DNA of 64,000 nt from NCBI GenBank assembly GCA_050952545.1, contig JBMNLD010000002.1:106889-170888 (forward strand), written 5' to 3'. Position 1 is the stretch's first letter. Each line of letters starts with the position of its first letter. The translations under genes were made by a program, and so were the position numbers. Source of the stretch: Christensenellales bacterium. GTDB lineage: Bacteria; Bacillota; Clostridia; Christensenellales; CAZKXV01. The notes beneath the pieces were generated by a model. That model had not been told where the DNA came from. It was given only the letters and a program-made list of their open reading frames with translations, and made no database searches. Positions 20,879 to 29,017 of the stretch are shown here, piece after piece.

Positions 20879-22696
20879 ATGTCTTTACAAAATAGTTTTA
20901 ATAAAATCAGAAGAAATGCTGGAATTAAAAAATGTGTCATGATTGATGGCAATGTTGGTGACGTTTATCTAAATGAAAAGAATAATATCGTTACATTAAG
21001 AGAATATCTTGAAGCAATGTTCAAGGATATGGATTATCAAGACATTGTTTACTGGGATAGAGTTGAAGGTGCAACTGGTGCAATTGATAAGCTAACTTTA
21101 ACTGATGAAGTTGAAGTAGAAGGTGATGCATACGATTTAGGTGATGATGAAGAAGAAACACCAAAAGCACAACAAGGTTTATTTAAATCACCTGCTGAAA
21201 TTTTAAATGTTGTTTATAAGAATGTAATTGATAAAAAGAAGAAAGTTGCTTTTATTATTAACTGGTCAGAATATCTATTTAGTGTTAATGGGTTAAGTGA
21301 TGATGAAAGACAAAATATTACATTATTAGGGAAAGCATTAAAGGATAGAAAAGTTGATTATTTAAATACTGACTGCAATGAAAGTGTTGTTGTCATTATT
21401 TTAAATAAAGCATCTGGATTACCATTATCTTTCTATCAAGGGAATCCTGAAGTTGAAATTGTAACATTACAAAAACCAGATAGAGAAGAAAGAAAACAAA
21501 TGATTCAAAAAATAGAAGATTCATTTGAAGTAAGATTAAAATCTGGTACTAGTTCATTGCTAGATGCTGAAAATATAGATTGTATTGATATGCTTGAAGA
21601 TTTTACTAATCGTGAGATTATTCAATTATCAAGAATGTCTAGAAAAGAAGATAAGATGACTTTTGATAAGTTGTTCTATTTATTTAAATATGGTGAAAAA
21701 GAAAATCCATGGGAAAAATTAGAACAATCTAGAGTTAAAAACATTAAAAAAGAATTATCTGATAGAGTTATAGGTCAAGAAGAAGCGATTGACAAAATAG
21801 AAAAGACTGTTGTTAAAGCATATATGGGTTTAACAGGCCTTCATAAAACTTCATCAAGATCAATGCCAAAAGGTGTATTCTTCTTTGTTGGTCCTACTGG
21901 TGTAGGTAAAACTGAGCTTTCAAAGGCTTTAGCTAAATTCTTATTTGGTGATGAACAAGCTTGTATTAGATTTGATATGTCTGAATATGCTCAAGAGAAT
22001 AGTGATCAAAAATTAATAGGTGCTGCACCTGGATATGTTGGATATGAAGAAGGTGGCCAATTAACAAATGCTATTAAAGAACACCCATTCTCAGTTGTTC
22101 TGTTTGATGAAATTGAAAAGGCTGCAAAACCTAATCCACGTATTCTAGATATATTCTTACAAATTTTGGAAGATGGTCGCTTAACTGATTCTAAAGGTGA
22201 AACTGTATACTTCAGCGACACAATTATAGTATTCACATCTAACTTAGGTGCTAACCAAGTTCAAGCATCATCTGATAAAGAAGGTGTAGCAAAAGAATTT
22301 ATTAAGATTGTAAAAGATTACTTTGATAATGAATTAAAGAGACCAGAATTATTAGGACGTATCGGATACAATAATATCGTTCCATTTAATTTCATTCAAG
22401 ATAGAGATTTCCAAGTTAAGATTTGTAAGAACAAACTAAAACCAGTTATCAGGGGAATAGAAGAAAAATATAAACTTGAATTGGAATTTGAAAAAGAATT
22501 GGAAGCTATCGAATATATCCTAAAAGCTGTAGATTCATCAAAAGGTGGTCGTGATATTTTAAATGCTATCAATGATAGATTATTAGATCCTCTTGCAATG
22601 TTCTTATTTGAAAATAAAGATGAGTTACGTTCTTTAAAAGGAAGTAGAATTATTACAAAGGTAACTAAAGATGGATTCAGCTTTGACTTCGATTAA
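20879..22696 (+). CDS. ClpB/ClpA-like AAA+ ATPase (single intact NBD2-type module, degenerate N-terminal half)
   Basis: GPTGVGKT, RFDMSEY, LIGAAPGYVGYEEGGQLT and VVLFDEIEKA; no second Walker A. Confidence 0.9.
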   Translation: MSLQNSFNKIRRNAGIKKCVMIDGNVGDVYLNEKNNIVTLREYLEAMFKDMDYQDIVYWDRVEGATGAIDKLTLTDEVEVEGDAYDLGDDEEETPKAQQGLFKSPAEILNVVYKNVIDKKKKVAFIINWSEYLFSVNGLSDDERQNITLLGKALKDRKVDYLNTDCNESVVVIILNKASGLPLSFYQGNPEVEIVTLQKPDREERKQMIQKIEDSFEVRLKSGTSSLLDAENIDCIDMLEDFTNREIIQLSRMSRKEDKMTFDKLFYLFKYGEKENPWEKLEQSRVKNIKKELSDRVIGQEEAIDKIEKTVVKAYMGLTGLHKTSSRSMPKGVFFFVGPTGVGKTELSKALAKFLFGDEQACIRFDMSEYAQENSDQKLIGAAPGYVGYEEGGQLTNAIKEHPFSVVLFDEIEKAAKPNPRILDIFLQILEDGRLTDSKGETVYFSDTIIVFTSNLGANQVQASSDKEGVAKEFIKIVKDYFDNELKRPELLGRIGYNNIVPFNFIQDRDFQVKICKNKLKPVIRGIEEKYKLELEFEKELEAIEYILKAVDSSKGGRDILNAINDRLLDPLAMFLFENKDELRSLKGSRIITKVTKDGFSFDFD

Positions 22697-23225
22697 GTTT
22701 AATGTAGCATATATAAAATTATGCACTAAAACTGAAGGTCCGTATAAGAGATGCTGCATTTGGTTTCAAGGATGTAACATCAATTGCAGAGGATGTTGTA
22801 ATAAGAATTTGCAACCATTAGTTCCAAATCATATAGTTACATTAAAAGAACTTATCGATATTGTTAAAGAAGCTAAAGATAAGTTTGATATAGAAGGTAT
22901 AACTCTCAGTGGTGGAGAGCCTTCTTTACAAACTGGTTTAAAATACTTTAATAATGAGATTCGTAAATTAGGATTAGGAATCATAATGTTTTCAGGAAAA
23001 AGCAAAACTTATCTAGATAAAAGTCTAGTTGAATCTGTTGATTTATTAATTGATGGTCCGTTTATTGAAGAACAACTTGATGACAAGAGAGTATTATTAG
23101 GTTCTAAGAATAAGGAACTATCTTTTATTACTGATAGATATAAAAAAGAAGAAGGATACTTCGACAATCCTATATCTATTGAAGAAGTAACAGCAGAAGA
23201 TTATATCTTCATAAATGGGGACTGA
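22671..23225 (+). CDS. NrdG/PFL-activase-like radical SAM (4Fe-4S) protein
   Basis: WFQGCNINCRGC (CxxxCxxC), GITLSGGEP and DLLIDGPF. Confidence 0.9.
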   Translation: MDSALTSIKFNVAYIKLCTKTEGPYKRCCIWFQGCNINCRGCCNKNLQPLVPNHIVTLKELIDIVKEAKDKFDIEGITLSGGEPSLQTGLKYFNNEIRKLGLGIIMFSGKSKTYLDKSLVESVDLLIDGPFIEEQLDDKRVLLGSKNKELSFITDRYKKEEGYFDNPISIEEVTAEDYIFINGD

Positions 23226-23227
23226 TT

Positions 23228-23728
23228 ATGGATAAAAAAAGAATAGAAAGTGAAATGAGAGAATTAGAAATTAAAATTCATTATCATTTTAATGACATAT
23301 CATGGCTTGCTAAAGCTATGGGTTCTATAAAAATACCTGTTCCAGGTCAAGGAAAGAATGGTTCTGAATATTCTAATGAAGGCTTGGCTACTGTTGGTGA
23401 TACTATATTAAAATCAGTTATTGCTGATAAGTTTTATAGAGAAGGAATAAGAACCAAAGGTGAGATTACAATTAAAAAGAGCGGTATAGAAGACAATGCA
23501 ACAATGCATGATGTAATGATCTACGAAGGTTTAATTGATTATTCTTATAACGATTTACATTTCTTCAAAGATCCAAATATTCCTGACCATGAGCAAGTTG
23601 TGCATAAGGCACATGATCCATATATTGAAGCTATGGTTGGAGCTGTGTATTATGATTCAGGAAATTATGACACAACTAAACGCTGGATTCTAAAGTGGTT
23701 ATTACCTCTTTTAGAGAAGTATAAATAG
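23228..23728 (+). CDS. Ribonuclease III-domain protein lacking a dsRBD (Mini-III-like)
   Basis: NEGLATVGDTIL and YIEAMVGAVYYD; only 166 aa. Confidence 0.8.
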   Translation: MDKKRIESEMRELEIKIHYHFNDISWLAKAMGSIKIPVPGQGKNGSEYSNEGLATVGDTILKSVIADKFYREGIRTKGEITIKKSGIEDNATMHDVMIYEGLIDYSYNDLHFFKDPNIPDHEQVVHKAHDPYIEAMVGAVYYDSGNYDTTKRWILKWLLPLLEKYK

Positions 23729-23741
23729 CACCAATTCTAAT

Positions 23742-23875
23742 AGTAAATAATGTTAGTTATTTGTATCTCAAAATGACATTTAATTGAAAGTAATGGAAAA
23801 TGTATGCTAAAACCTGTCGTTTAAGTGAAAATTTTAATTTAACAAATTGAAGGTCAAATAACTATAGAGTGATTG
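23742..23875. repeat. ~135-bp diverged direct repeat, copy B
   Basis: See copy A; begins 14 bp after the RNase III-like stop codon. Confidence 0.85.
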
Positions 23876-23891
23876 ACACTTAAATAGATAG

Positions 23892-23920
23892 AAAGGTAGG
23901 AGTGATTCTTACCTTTTTTC
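23892..23920 (+). terminator. Intrinsic terminator at the end of the AT-rich operon
   Basis: AAAGGTAGGA-GTGAT-TCTTACCTTT followed by T-runs. Confidence 0.65.
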
Positions 23921-24035
23921 TTTTTACAACATAGCTACTATATAGGTCGTTAATTGAAAAGTATTATCTTAAGCAAATTATATTTACTAGATAAATCTAG
24001 TAAAATGGAAGCAATAATAAAGGCGTGGTGGTAAT

Positions 24036-24095
24036 TTGGATAAGAAAGAATACTTAAGTCGATATCATAATTTAATAGAACGAATTGAAATATAA
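24036..24095 (+). pseudogene. 5' stub of a phage-type gene (DUF1492/ArpU-like), cut at the repeat junction
   Basis: TTG start after GGTGGT; reads MDKKEYLSRYHNLIERIE and then enters the repeat at 24090. Confidence 0.3.
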
Positions 24096-24184
24096 GCTAG
24101 ACAGCGACAAGCAAAAGGGAGACATAGCAAAAATACGGACAAAAAGTCCGTATTTGCTATGCGACTATAAGCGCAGTCGTTGTC
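24090..24184 (-). repeat. tRNA-linked multi-hairpin element, tRNA-proximal partial copy
   Basis: 24090-24186 is identical to 2559-2655; abuts the CCA of tRNA-Val. Confidence 0.9.
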
Positions 24185-24260
24185 TGGTGGGCAATAAGGG
24201 ACTCGAACCCCTGACTTCCTCCATGTGACGGAGGCACTCTACCAACTGAGTCAATTGCCC
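24185..24260 (-). tRNA. tRNA-Val(CAC)
   Basis: 76-nt cloverleaf GGGCAATT...CCACCA; anticodon arm CCTCC-GT CAC AT-GGAGG; GTTCGA T-loop. Confidence 0.95.
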
Positions 24261-24264
24261 TCTC

Positions 24265-24340
24265 TGGTGGAGATGAGGGGGATCGAACCCCTTACCTCTT
24301 GAATGCCATTCAAGCGCTCTACCAACTGAGCTACACCCCC
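24265..24340 (-). tRNA. tRNA-Ala(GGC)
   Basis: 76-nt cloverleaf GGGGGTGT...CCACCA; anticodon arm CTTGA-AT GGC AT-TCAAG; G3:U70. Confidence 0.97.
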
Positions 24341-24460
24341 GTATGAGCCTAATAATTATAACATATTTTACAGACATTTCAAGTAAATTATATAAATTAT
24401 TTGTCATAATAGTTTTCTCTTTCTGATAAATATAAGAATAATTAAAAGGGAGGTAAAGTT

Positions 24461-24736
24461 ATGGAGACTATTTATGTGCCGAGTATTACGGCATTGGTTT
24501 ATTTAATGATTATGATGTATAAAGAGCTAGTCGGCAAATCCGAAAAGTTTCGCAAAATAATCCCGATGCTTGCGGGAATAATGGGTATGGGGCTGTCGGT
24601 GCTCGCTTTTTATACCGCGCCTAACCTGTTGCCCGCAAAGGATATTATTAACGCGCTGTTGATAGGCTGCGTAAGCGGTCTTGCCGCAACGGGCGCGAAT
24701 CAGATATTCAAGCAGTTAAATAACGGCAAGAAATAA
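24461..24736 (+). CDS. Phage holin family-like small membrane protein
   Basis: Three TM helices; C-terminal GCVSGLAATGANQIFKQ. Confidence 0.7.
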   Translation: METIYVPSITALVYLMIMMYKELVGKSEKFRKIIPMLAGIMGMGLSVLAFYTAPNLLPAKDIINALLIGCVSGLAATGANQIFKQLNNGKK

Positions 24737-24917
24737 TTAATCCAGCCCAAAAGGGCCGCTTAATTATAAACGATAAAGAAAGAGCTAAAAAGAGCCATAA
24801 AAATATACTGTCAATTAGTATACTATGGCAGCTATAACGGATATTTATTCCGCCGTCTTCGACAGGCGGCGGAATTATTATTTGACATTTTAATTAAGAT
24901 CGTGATTAAATTAATTT

Positions 24918-25427
24918 ATGAGAGTTTTTGTCGCGATAAATTTCAGCGCCGACGTAAAAGACGAGATATACGCCGTACTTAAAAGGCTTAGGGAGCAATG
25001 CGTAAAAGGCAGGTTCACAAGCTATGACAATCTGCATTTAACGCTTGCGTTTATCGGCGAAGCGGACGGCAATGAAATTCAAGATATTATCGCCGGACTC
25101 AATATGATACGCGCAAGGCCTTTTACTTTTACGATAAGCGGCTCGGGTAAATTTCACCGCGCGAGCGGCGACATTTACTGGCTCGGCATAAACAGCGCGG
25201 AACTTATTGCATTAAGACGGCAGGTGTACGCTCTGCTGAAAGATTACAATATCGATTCAAAGTTCACCGCCCACATCACTCTGGGAAGAGATGTAAGGGT
25301 AACAGACGATATCACCGTTTATTACGACGATATAACGGTCGAGGTTACAAGCGTTGAATTAATGAAATCCGAGCGAATAAGCGATAAGCTCGTATATACG
25401 ACGCTTTACACTAAGACCTTGCAATAA
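24918..25427 (+). CDS. thpR: RNA 2',3'-cyclic phosphodiesterase (2H family)
   Basis: MRVFVAI, two HxT motifs (HLTL, HITL) and LMKSE. Confidence 0.9.
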   Translation: MRVFVAINFSADVKDEIYAVLKRLREQCVKGRFTSYDNLHLTLAFIGEADGNEIQDIIAGLNMIRARPFTFTISGSGKFHRASGDIYWLGINSAELIALRRQVYALLKDYNIDSKFTAHITLGRDVRVTDDITVYYDDITVEVTSVELMKSERISDKLVYTTLYTKTLQ

Positions 25428-25462
25428 TCGGCGCGCGGTTGTATAATATTTCAGAGGTTGTT

Positions 25463-26239
25463 ATGTTTAAGTTTATTATGAAGAAAGTAGTGCCCATCCC
25501 CAAGCTGCTCGAGCATGATTCATACGCGTTTATAGGCGCGCACCCGGACGATATCGAGGTCGGTTGCGGCCCCACCGTCGCAAGGCTTGTCGAAATGGGC
25601 AAGAGAATCTGCTTTATTGTCGCCACAGACGGCAGATACGGAATGTATGACCCGGAAATGACCGTCGAAAAGACTGTCGAGCTGAGAAAAAAAGAAGCGG
25701 TTAAAGCGGCGGAAGTACTCGGCGTAAAGGATGTCAGATTCTTGGGTTTTCCCGATGGCGGCGGTTATGATGTAAATGAGTTAAAAGACAAAATCGCGAT
25801 CGAGCTAGCGGACTTTGAGCCCGATTTAATCTTTACAATCGACAACCATGTCAAATCCGAGACGCACCCAGACCACATCAATTGCGGCAGAGCGTCCGAG
25901 ATTGCGATGCTTACCTGTACATTACCGCTGATGATGAGAGAGCTCGGCGTAAATAAGACCGCCAAGCCCAAAGGCATAGTTTATTATTATACCGATAAGC
26001 CCAATTCGTATATCAAGATTAAGAAGCGGCATTTATTAAAGAGAATCGAGGCGCTCGAGGCGCATCACAGTCAATTCATAGCGGGCGGCGAGATGAGCGA
26101 GAATTTTCATCTGCTGAAATTGCTCTTCAAAGTAATGGCGATAAGATACGGCCTAAAGAGTTTCAGAGTTTACGCGGACGCTTATAGGGCATTAAGCGTA
26201 ATGCATTTGCATTGCGCTCCCGACGCGAGTGACTTTTAA
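25463..26239 (+). CDS. PIG-L family deacetylase
   Basis: GAHPDDIE, ATDG, LGFPDG and HPDH motifs. Confidence 0.9.
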   Translation: MFKFIMKKVVPIPKLLEHDSYAFIGAHPDDIEVGCGPTVARLVEMGKRICFIVATDGRYGMYDPEMTVEKTVELRKKEAVKAAEVLGVKDVRFLGFPDGGGYDVNELKDKIAIELADFEPDLIFTIDNHVKSETHPDHINCGRASEIAMLTCTLPLMMRELGVNKTAKPKGIVYYYTDKPNSYIKIKKRHLLKRIEALEAHHSQFIAGGEMSENFHLLKLLFKVMAIRYGLKSFRVYADAYRALSVMHLHCAPDASDF

Positions 26240-26480
26240 TTCCGCCGTTCTTGACCGAACGGCGCAATGTCGCGCCGCTTTATCGGCGCCTTTTCGGTTT
26301 ATTGAAATCATCATAATTTCACTGTCCTTAATAACGGACGAGTGACAATGTTATTCTTTCTTGATATTTGTGTATTTATTAAGTAAATAGGTTAAGCCGA
26401 ATATTATTCCCATTACTACGAATATCGCCGCCATTCCCTTAAATAATAAAAACAATGTTTGTAAAAACATACCGACCTCC

Positions 26481-27617
26481 TTACAGCATGCCCGGTATCA
26501 GCGACAATATGATGCCGCCTGCTACGACCGAGGCAATTTGACCCGATACATTCGCGCCTACCGCATGCATTAGCAGATGATTCTCGGGATCGGCTTCAAG
26601 CCCCATTTTCTGCACTACTCGCGCGGACATAGGAAACGCCGATATGCCCGCTGCTCCAACCATCGGATTGATTTTGTTCTTCGCAAAGGCATTATAGAGC
26701 TTGGCGAACATTACGCCGCCGATTGTGTCGAATATAAACGCGAAAAGACCTAATAGCATAATCGCGATTGTCTGCCATTGCACGAAATATTCCGCGCGCA
26801 TTGAAAAGGATATCGTAATTCCGAGCAGCAGGGTGACGAGATTTGCAAGCACTTTCTGCGCGGTCTCGGATAATGAATTGAGCACGCCGCATTCGCGTAA
26901 AAGATTGCCGAACATAAGAAATCCGACGAGCGCGACGGATGCGGGCGCGATAAAGCCCGCTACGACAGTAACGAAAATCGGGAAGAGTATTCTTGTCGTC
27001 TTGCTGATATTGGCGGGGTTATAATTCATCTTAATAGAGCGTTCTTTCTTAGTCGTGACCGCTTTAATCGCGACCGGCTGAATTATCGGCACCAGTGCCA
27101 TATACGAGTACGCGGCGACGGCGATAGCCCCTAAATACTTGCTTCTTAACACCTGCGATACGAGAATGGAGGTAGGGCCGTCCGCGGCGCCGATAATGCC
27201 GATAGACGCGGCGTCTTTTAATTCAAAGCCTATCAAAGACGCTACTATTATTGTAAGGAAAATACCAAGCTGAGCCGCGGCGCCGAAGAATAACAGCTTG
27301 GGGTTGGAAAGCAGCGGTCCGAAATCAATCATTGCGCCGATACCTATAAACAGCAGCAACGGCAACGCCTCAGACGCCTCGATTCCCGTCTCGAACAGCC
27401 ATTCAATTATGCCGTTCACTTCGCCGATATTCTCGATAGAGTAATTAATTACGCCGCTTAAAGGCAGATTGACTAAAATAGCGCCAAAGCCCATAGGAAG
27501 CAAAAGCGCGGGCTCCATTTCTTTCTTTATCGCAAGAAAAATCAAAAGACCGCCTATTGCGAACATTATAAGCTGCTGCCAGGTGATAGCTTTAACTGCA
27601 TCTAACAAAAAGTCCAT
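26481..27617 (-). CDS. oadB: Na+-translocating decarboxylase beta subunit
   Basis: EPALLLPMGFG, IGIIGAADGPT, GAAGISAFPMSAR and GANVSGQIAS. Confidence 0.93.
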   Translation of the reverse strand: MDFLLDAVKAITWQQLIMFAIGGLLIFLAIKKEMEPALLLPMGFGAILVNLPLSGVINYSIENIGEVNGIIEWLFETGIEASEALPLLLFIGIGAMIDFGPLLSNPKLLFFGAAAQLGIFLTIIVASLIGFELKDAASIGIIGAADGPTSILVSQVLRSKYLGAIAVAAYSYMALVPIIQPVAIKAVTTKKERSIKMNYNPANISKTTRILFPIFVTVVAGFIAPASVALVGFLMFGNLLRECGVLNSLSETAQKVLANLVTLLLGITISFSMRAEYFVQWQTIAIMLLGLFAFIFDTIGGVMFAKLYNAFAKNKINPMVGAAGISAFPMSARVVQKMGLEADPENHLLMHAVGANVSGQIASVVAGGIILSLIPGML

Positions 27618-27632
27618 ATGTACTCCTTCATT

Positions 27633-27749
27633 GGTCTCACTCTATAACACGAATCAGCATAAAGCTGTATAGACGACCCGGTGCGTAAATCGCGATGCCA
27701 GATTTTGATATTTTTATACTAGTATATAGGTTATGACCTTATATGTAAA
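27633..27749 (-). promoter_or_regulatory. oadB promoter plus structured 5' leader
   Basis: TTTACA-N17-TATACT on the minus strand (27749-27721); nested stems GGTC/GACC, TCTATA/TATAGA and CAGC/GCTG just before the AAGGAG RBS. Confidence 0.5.
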
Positions 27750-27757
27750 TAGTTTTG

Positions 27758-28660
27758 CTAACTTTTTTGTTTATTGTCCACGATAGGAGTAAATCCTTCT
27801 CCGAACGCCTCGTGCGCGTTGACCGCGAAGATGAACGCATTCTTGTCAATATTTTTTACGAGTTTCTTTAATGAATTCGTCTGTGTCCTGTTGATAAGGC
27901 ACACTATCATATTCCTCTCTTTACGCGTGTACATCCCCGTGCCCTTAAACGCCGTAACGCCTCTTTTTAAGTCCGCCAGAATCGCCGCGCTGATCTCTTC
28001 GATTTTCTCCGAGAAAATATAGTATACCTTAGTGCGTTTGCCGCCCTCGATTAAATAATCTATTACTTTGGAAGTCAGGAATGTCGTTAAAAACGCGTAT
28101 AAAGGCAATATATACGACTTGAACACCAAGCCGGACATTAAAATCACAATGAAGTCTATGATAAAAATTATATAGCCGATATTGTGCGTGTGAAACTTCC
28201 TGCCGATGACATTGGCGAGCATATCGCTGCCGCCCGTCGAGCCGCCCGCGCGGATGATAAGCCCGAGCCCTATCCCGTGAATGGTCGCTCCGTATACCGC
28301 AGACAGCGCCATATCCGTCATCTGGGCGGAGAAATTCTGAAACGCTTTGATATTGGAAAACACATCCATTGATATCGTGAACACGAGCGTGGATATAATT
28401 GAAAGCACGCCGAACCTCGAGCCTAAGTGGCGGTATGAAAATAAGAACAGCGGAATGTTCATTATAAGCGTCAGCGCGCCTATGGACAACTTAATAATCC
28501 CCGAAGTCGACAGCACCGTCGCGATTCCGGTAAAACCTCCGACGGGAATTTTCATCGGCGCGAGAAAAAGTATAATGCTGAAAGACATTATCGCCGCGCC
28601 CGCGATACAGGTCAGCGCGGAGGCTATGAACTGTTTCTTGGTCTCAAAAATTTTATTCAT
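27758..28660 (-). CDS. YitT family membrane protein
   Basis: GGFTGIA, LIMNIPLF, GGSTGGSD and DKNAFI (DUF2179 C-terminus). Confidence 0.9.
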   Translation of the reverse strand: MNKIFETKKQFIASALTCIAGAAIMSFSIILFLAPMKIPVGGFTGIATVLSTSGIIKLSIGALTLIMNIPLFLFSYRHLGSRFGVLSIISTLVFTISMDVFSNIKAFQNFSAQMTDMALSAVYGATIHGIGLGLIIRAGGSTGGSDMLANVIGRKFHTHNIGYIIFIIDFIVILMSGLVFKSYILPLYAFLTTFLTSKVIDYLIEGGKRTKVYYIFSEKIEEISAAILADLKRGVTAFKGTGMYTRKERNMIVCLINRTQTNSLKKLVKNIDKNAFIFAVNAHEAFGEGFTPIVDNKQKS

Positions 28661-28929
28661 TGTATCCTCACATATACTCTGTTATATTTCTTATAATATT
28701 CGGTCAGATTGATTATATAATATAAATCTTAGAATAACAAACTAATTAAAGAAAAAGCCGAAAAATAGTAGCGTTTATTAGGATACTAACGGATGAATTT
28801 TCGAGCTATATAGACACAATCGGGTTCTCCATAGAAAAGGCAGAGACGGGCAGAAAAAAACCGAAGCGCTTTAAGGAGCGAATGCTTGGCAACGGACACA
28901 GAATAACGGGCAAGCAGAGCGGTAAGGAT

Positions 28930-28955
28930 TTCCGTCGTCCGTCGAGGACGACGAA
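28930..28955. repeat. REP-like palindrome (family A)
   Basis: ttccgtcgtcc-gtcga-ggacgacgaa. Confidence 0.7.
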
Positions 28956-29017
28956 ATTATTTATAAGGCATTGACACGGGCATACGGATAATGAGATAAT
29001 TGACAAGGAGGAAAAAT

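Larger units (their letters stand above)
6921..24090. mobile_element. AT-rich horizontally acquired segment (defence-island-like)
   Basis: Visibly AT-rich (roughly 25-30% GC by eye versus roughly 45-50% in the flanks); all genes on the + strand; truncated genes at both ends. Confidence 0.85.
2481..24208. mobile_element. tRNA-Val(CAC)-anchored genomic island, ~21.7 kb, no integrase detected
   Basis: Flanked by the 24-bp tRNA 3' duplication and a 97-bp perfect direct repeat; sharp compositional shift inside; truncated genes at internal junctions. Confidence 0.75.

Noticed and set aside
20879-22696. Housekeeping clpB/clpC, or the Dodola system
   Set aside because: No Clp-N domain or first Walker A, foreign composition, and no recognisable DUF6414 partner
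22671-23225. Prokaryotic viperin
   Set aside because: Too short (184 aa), and its motifs (WFQGC, GGEP, LIDGPF) are NrdG-like
6921-24090. Mollicute-type genetic code (TGA=Trp) in the AT-rich segment
   Set aside because: Long ORFs are complete under the standard code, and TGA coincides with gene ends that overlap the next start
2481-24208. Intact prophage or ICE
   Set aside because: No integrase, relaxase, T4SS, capsid or terminase genes found
24165-24407. 80-aa minus-strand ORF
   Set aside because: It is a translation of the two tRNA genes
28740-28930. Possible sRNA between yitT and the epimerase gene
   Set aside because: No recognisable motif or convincing structure beyond the REP-like hairpin
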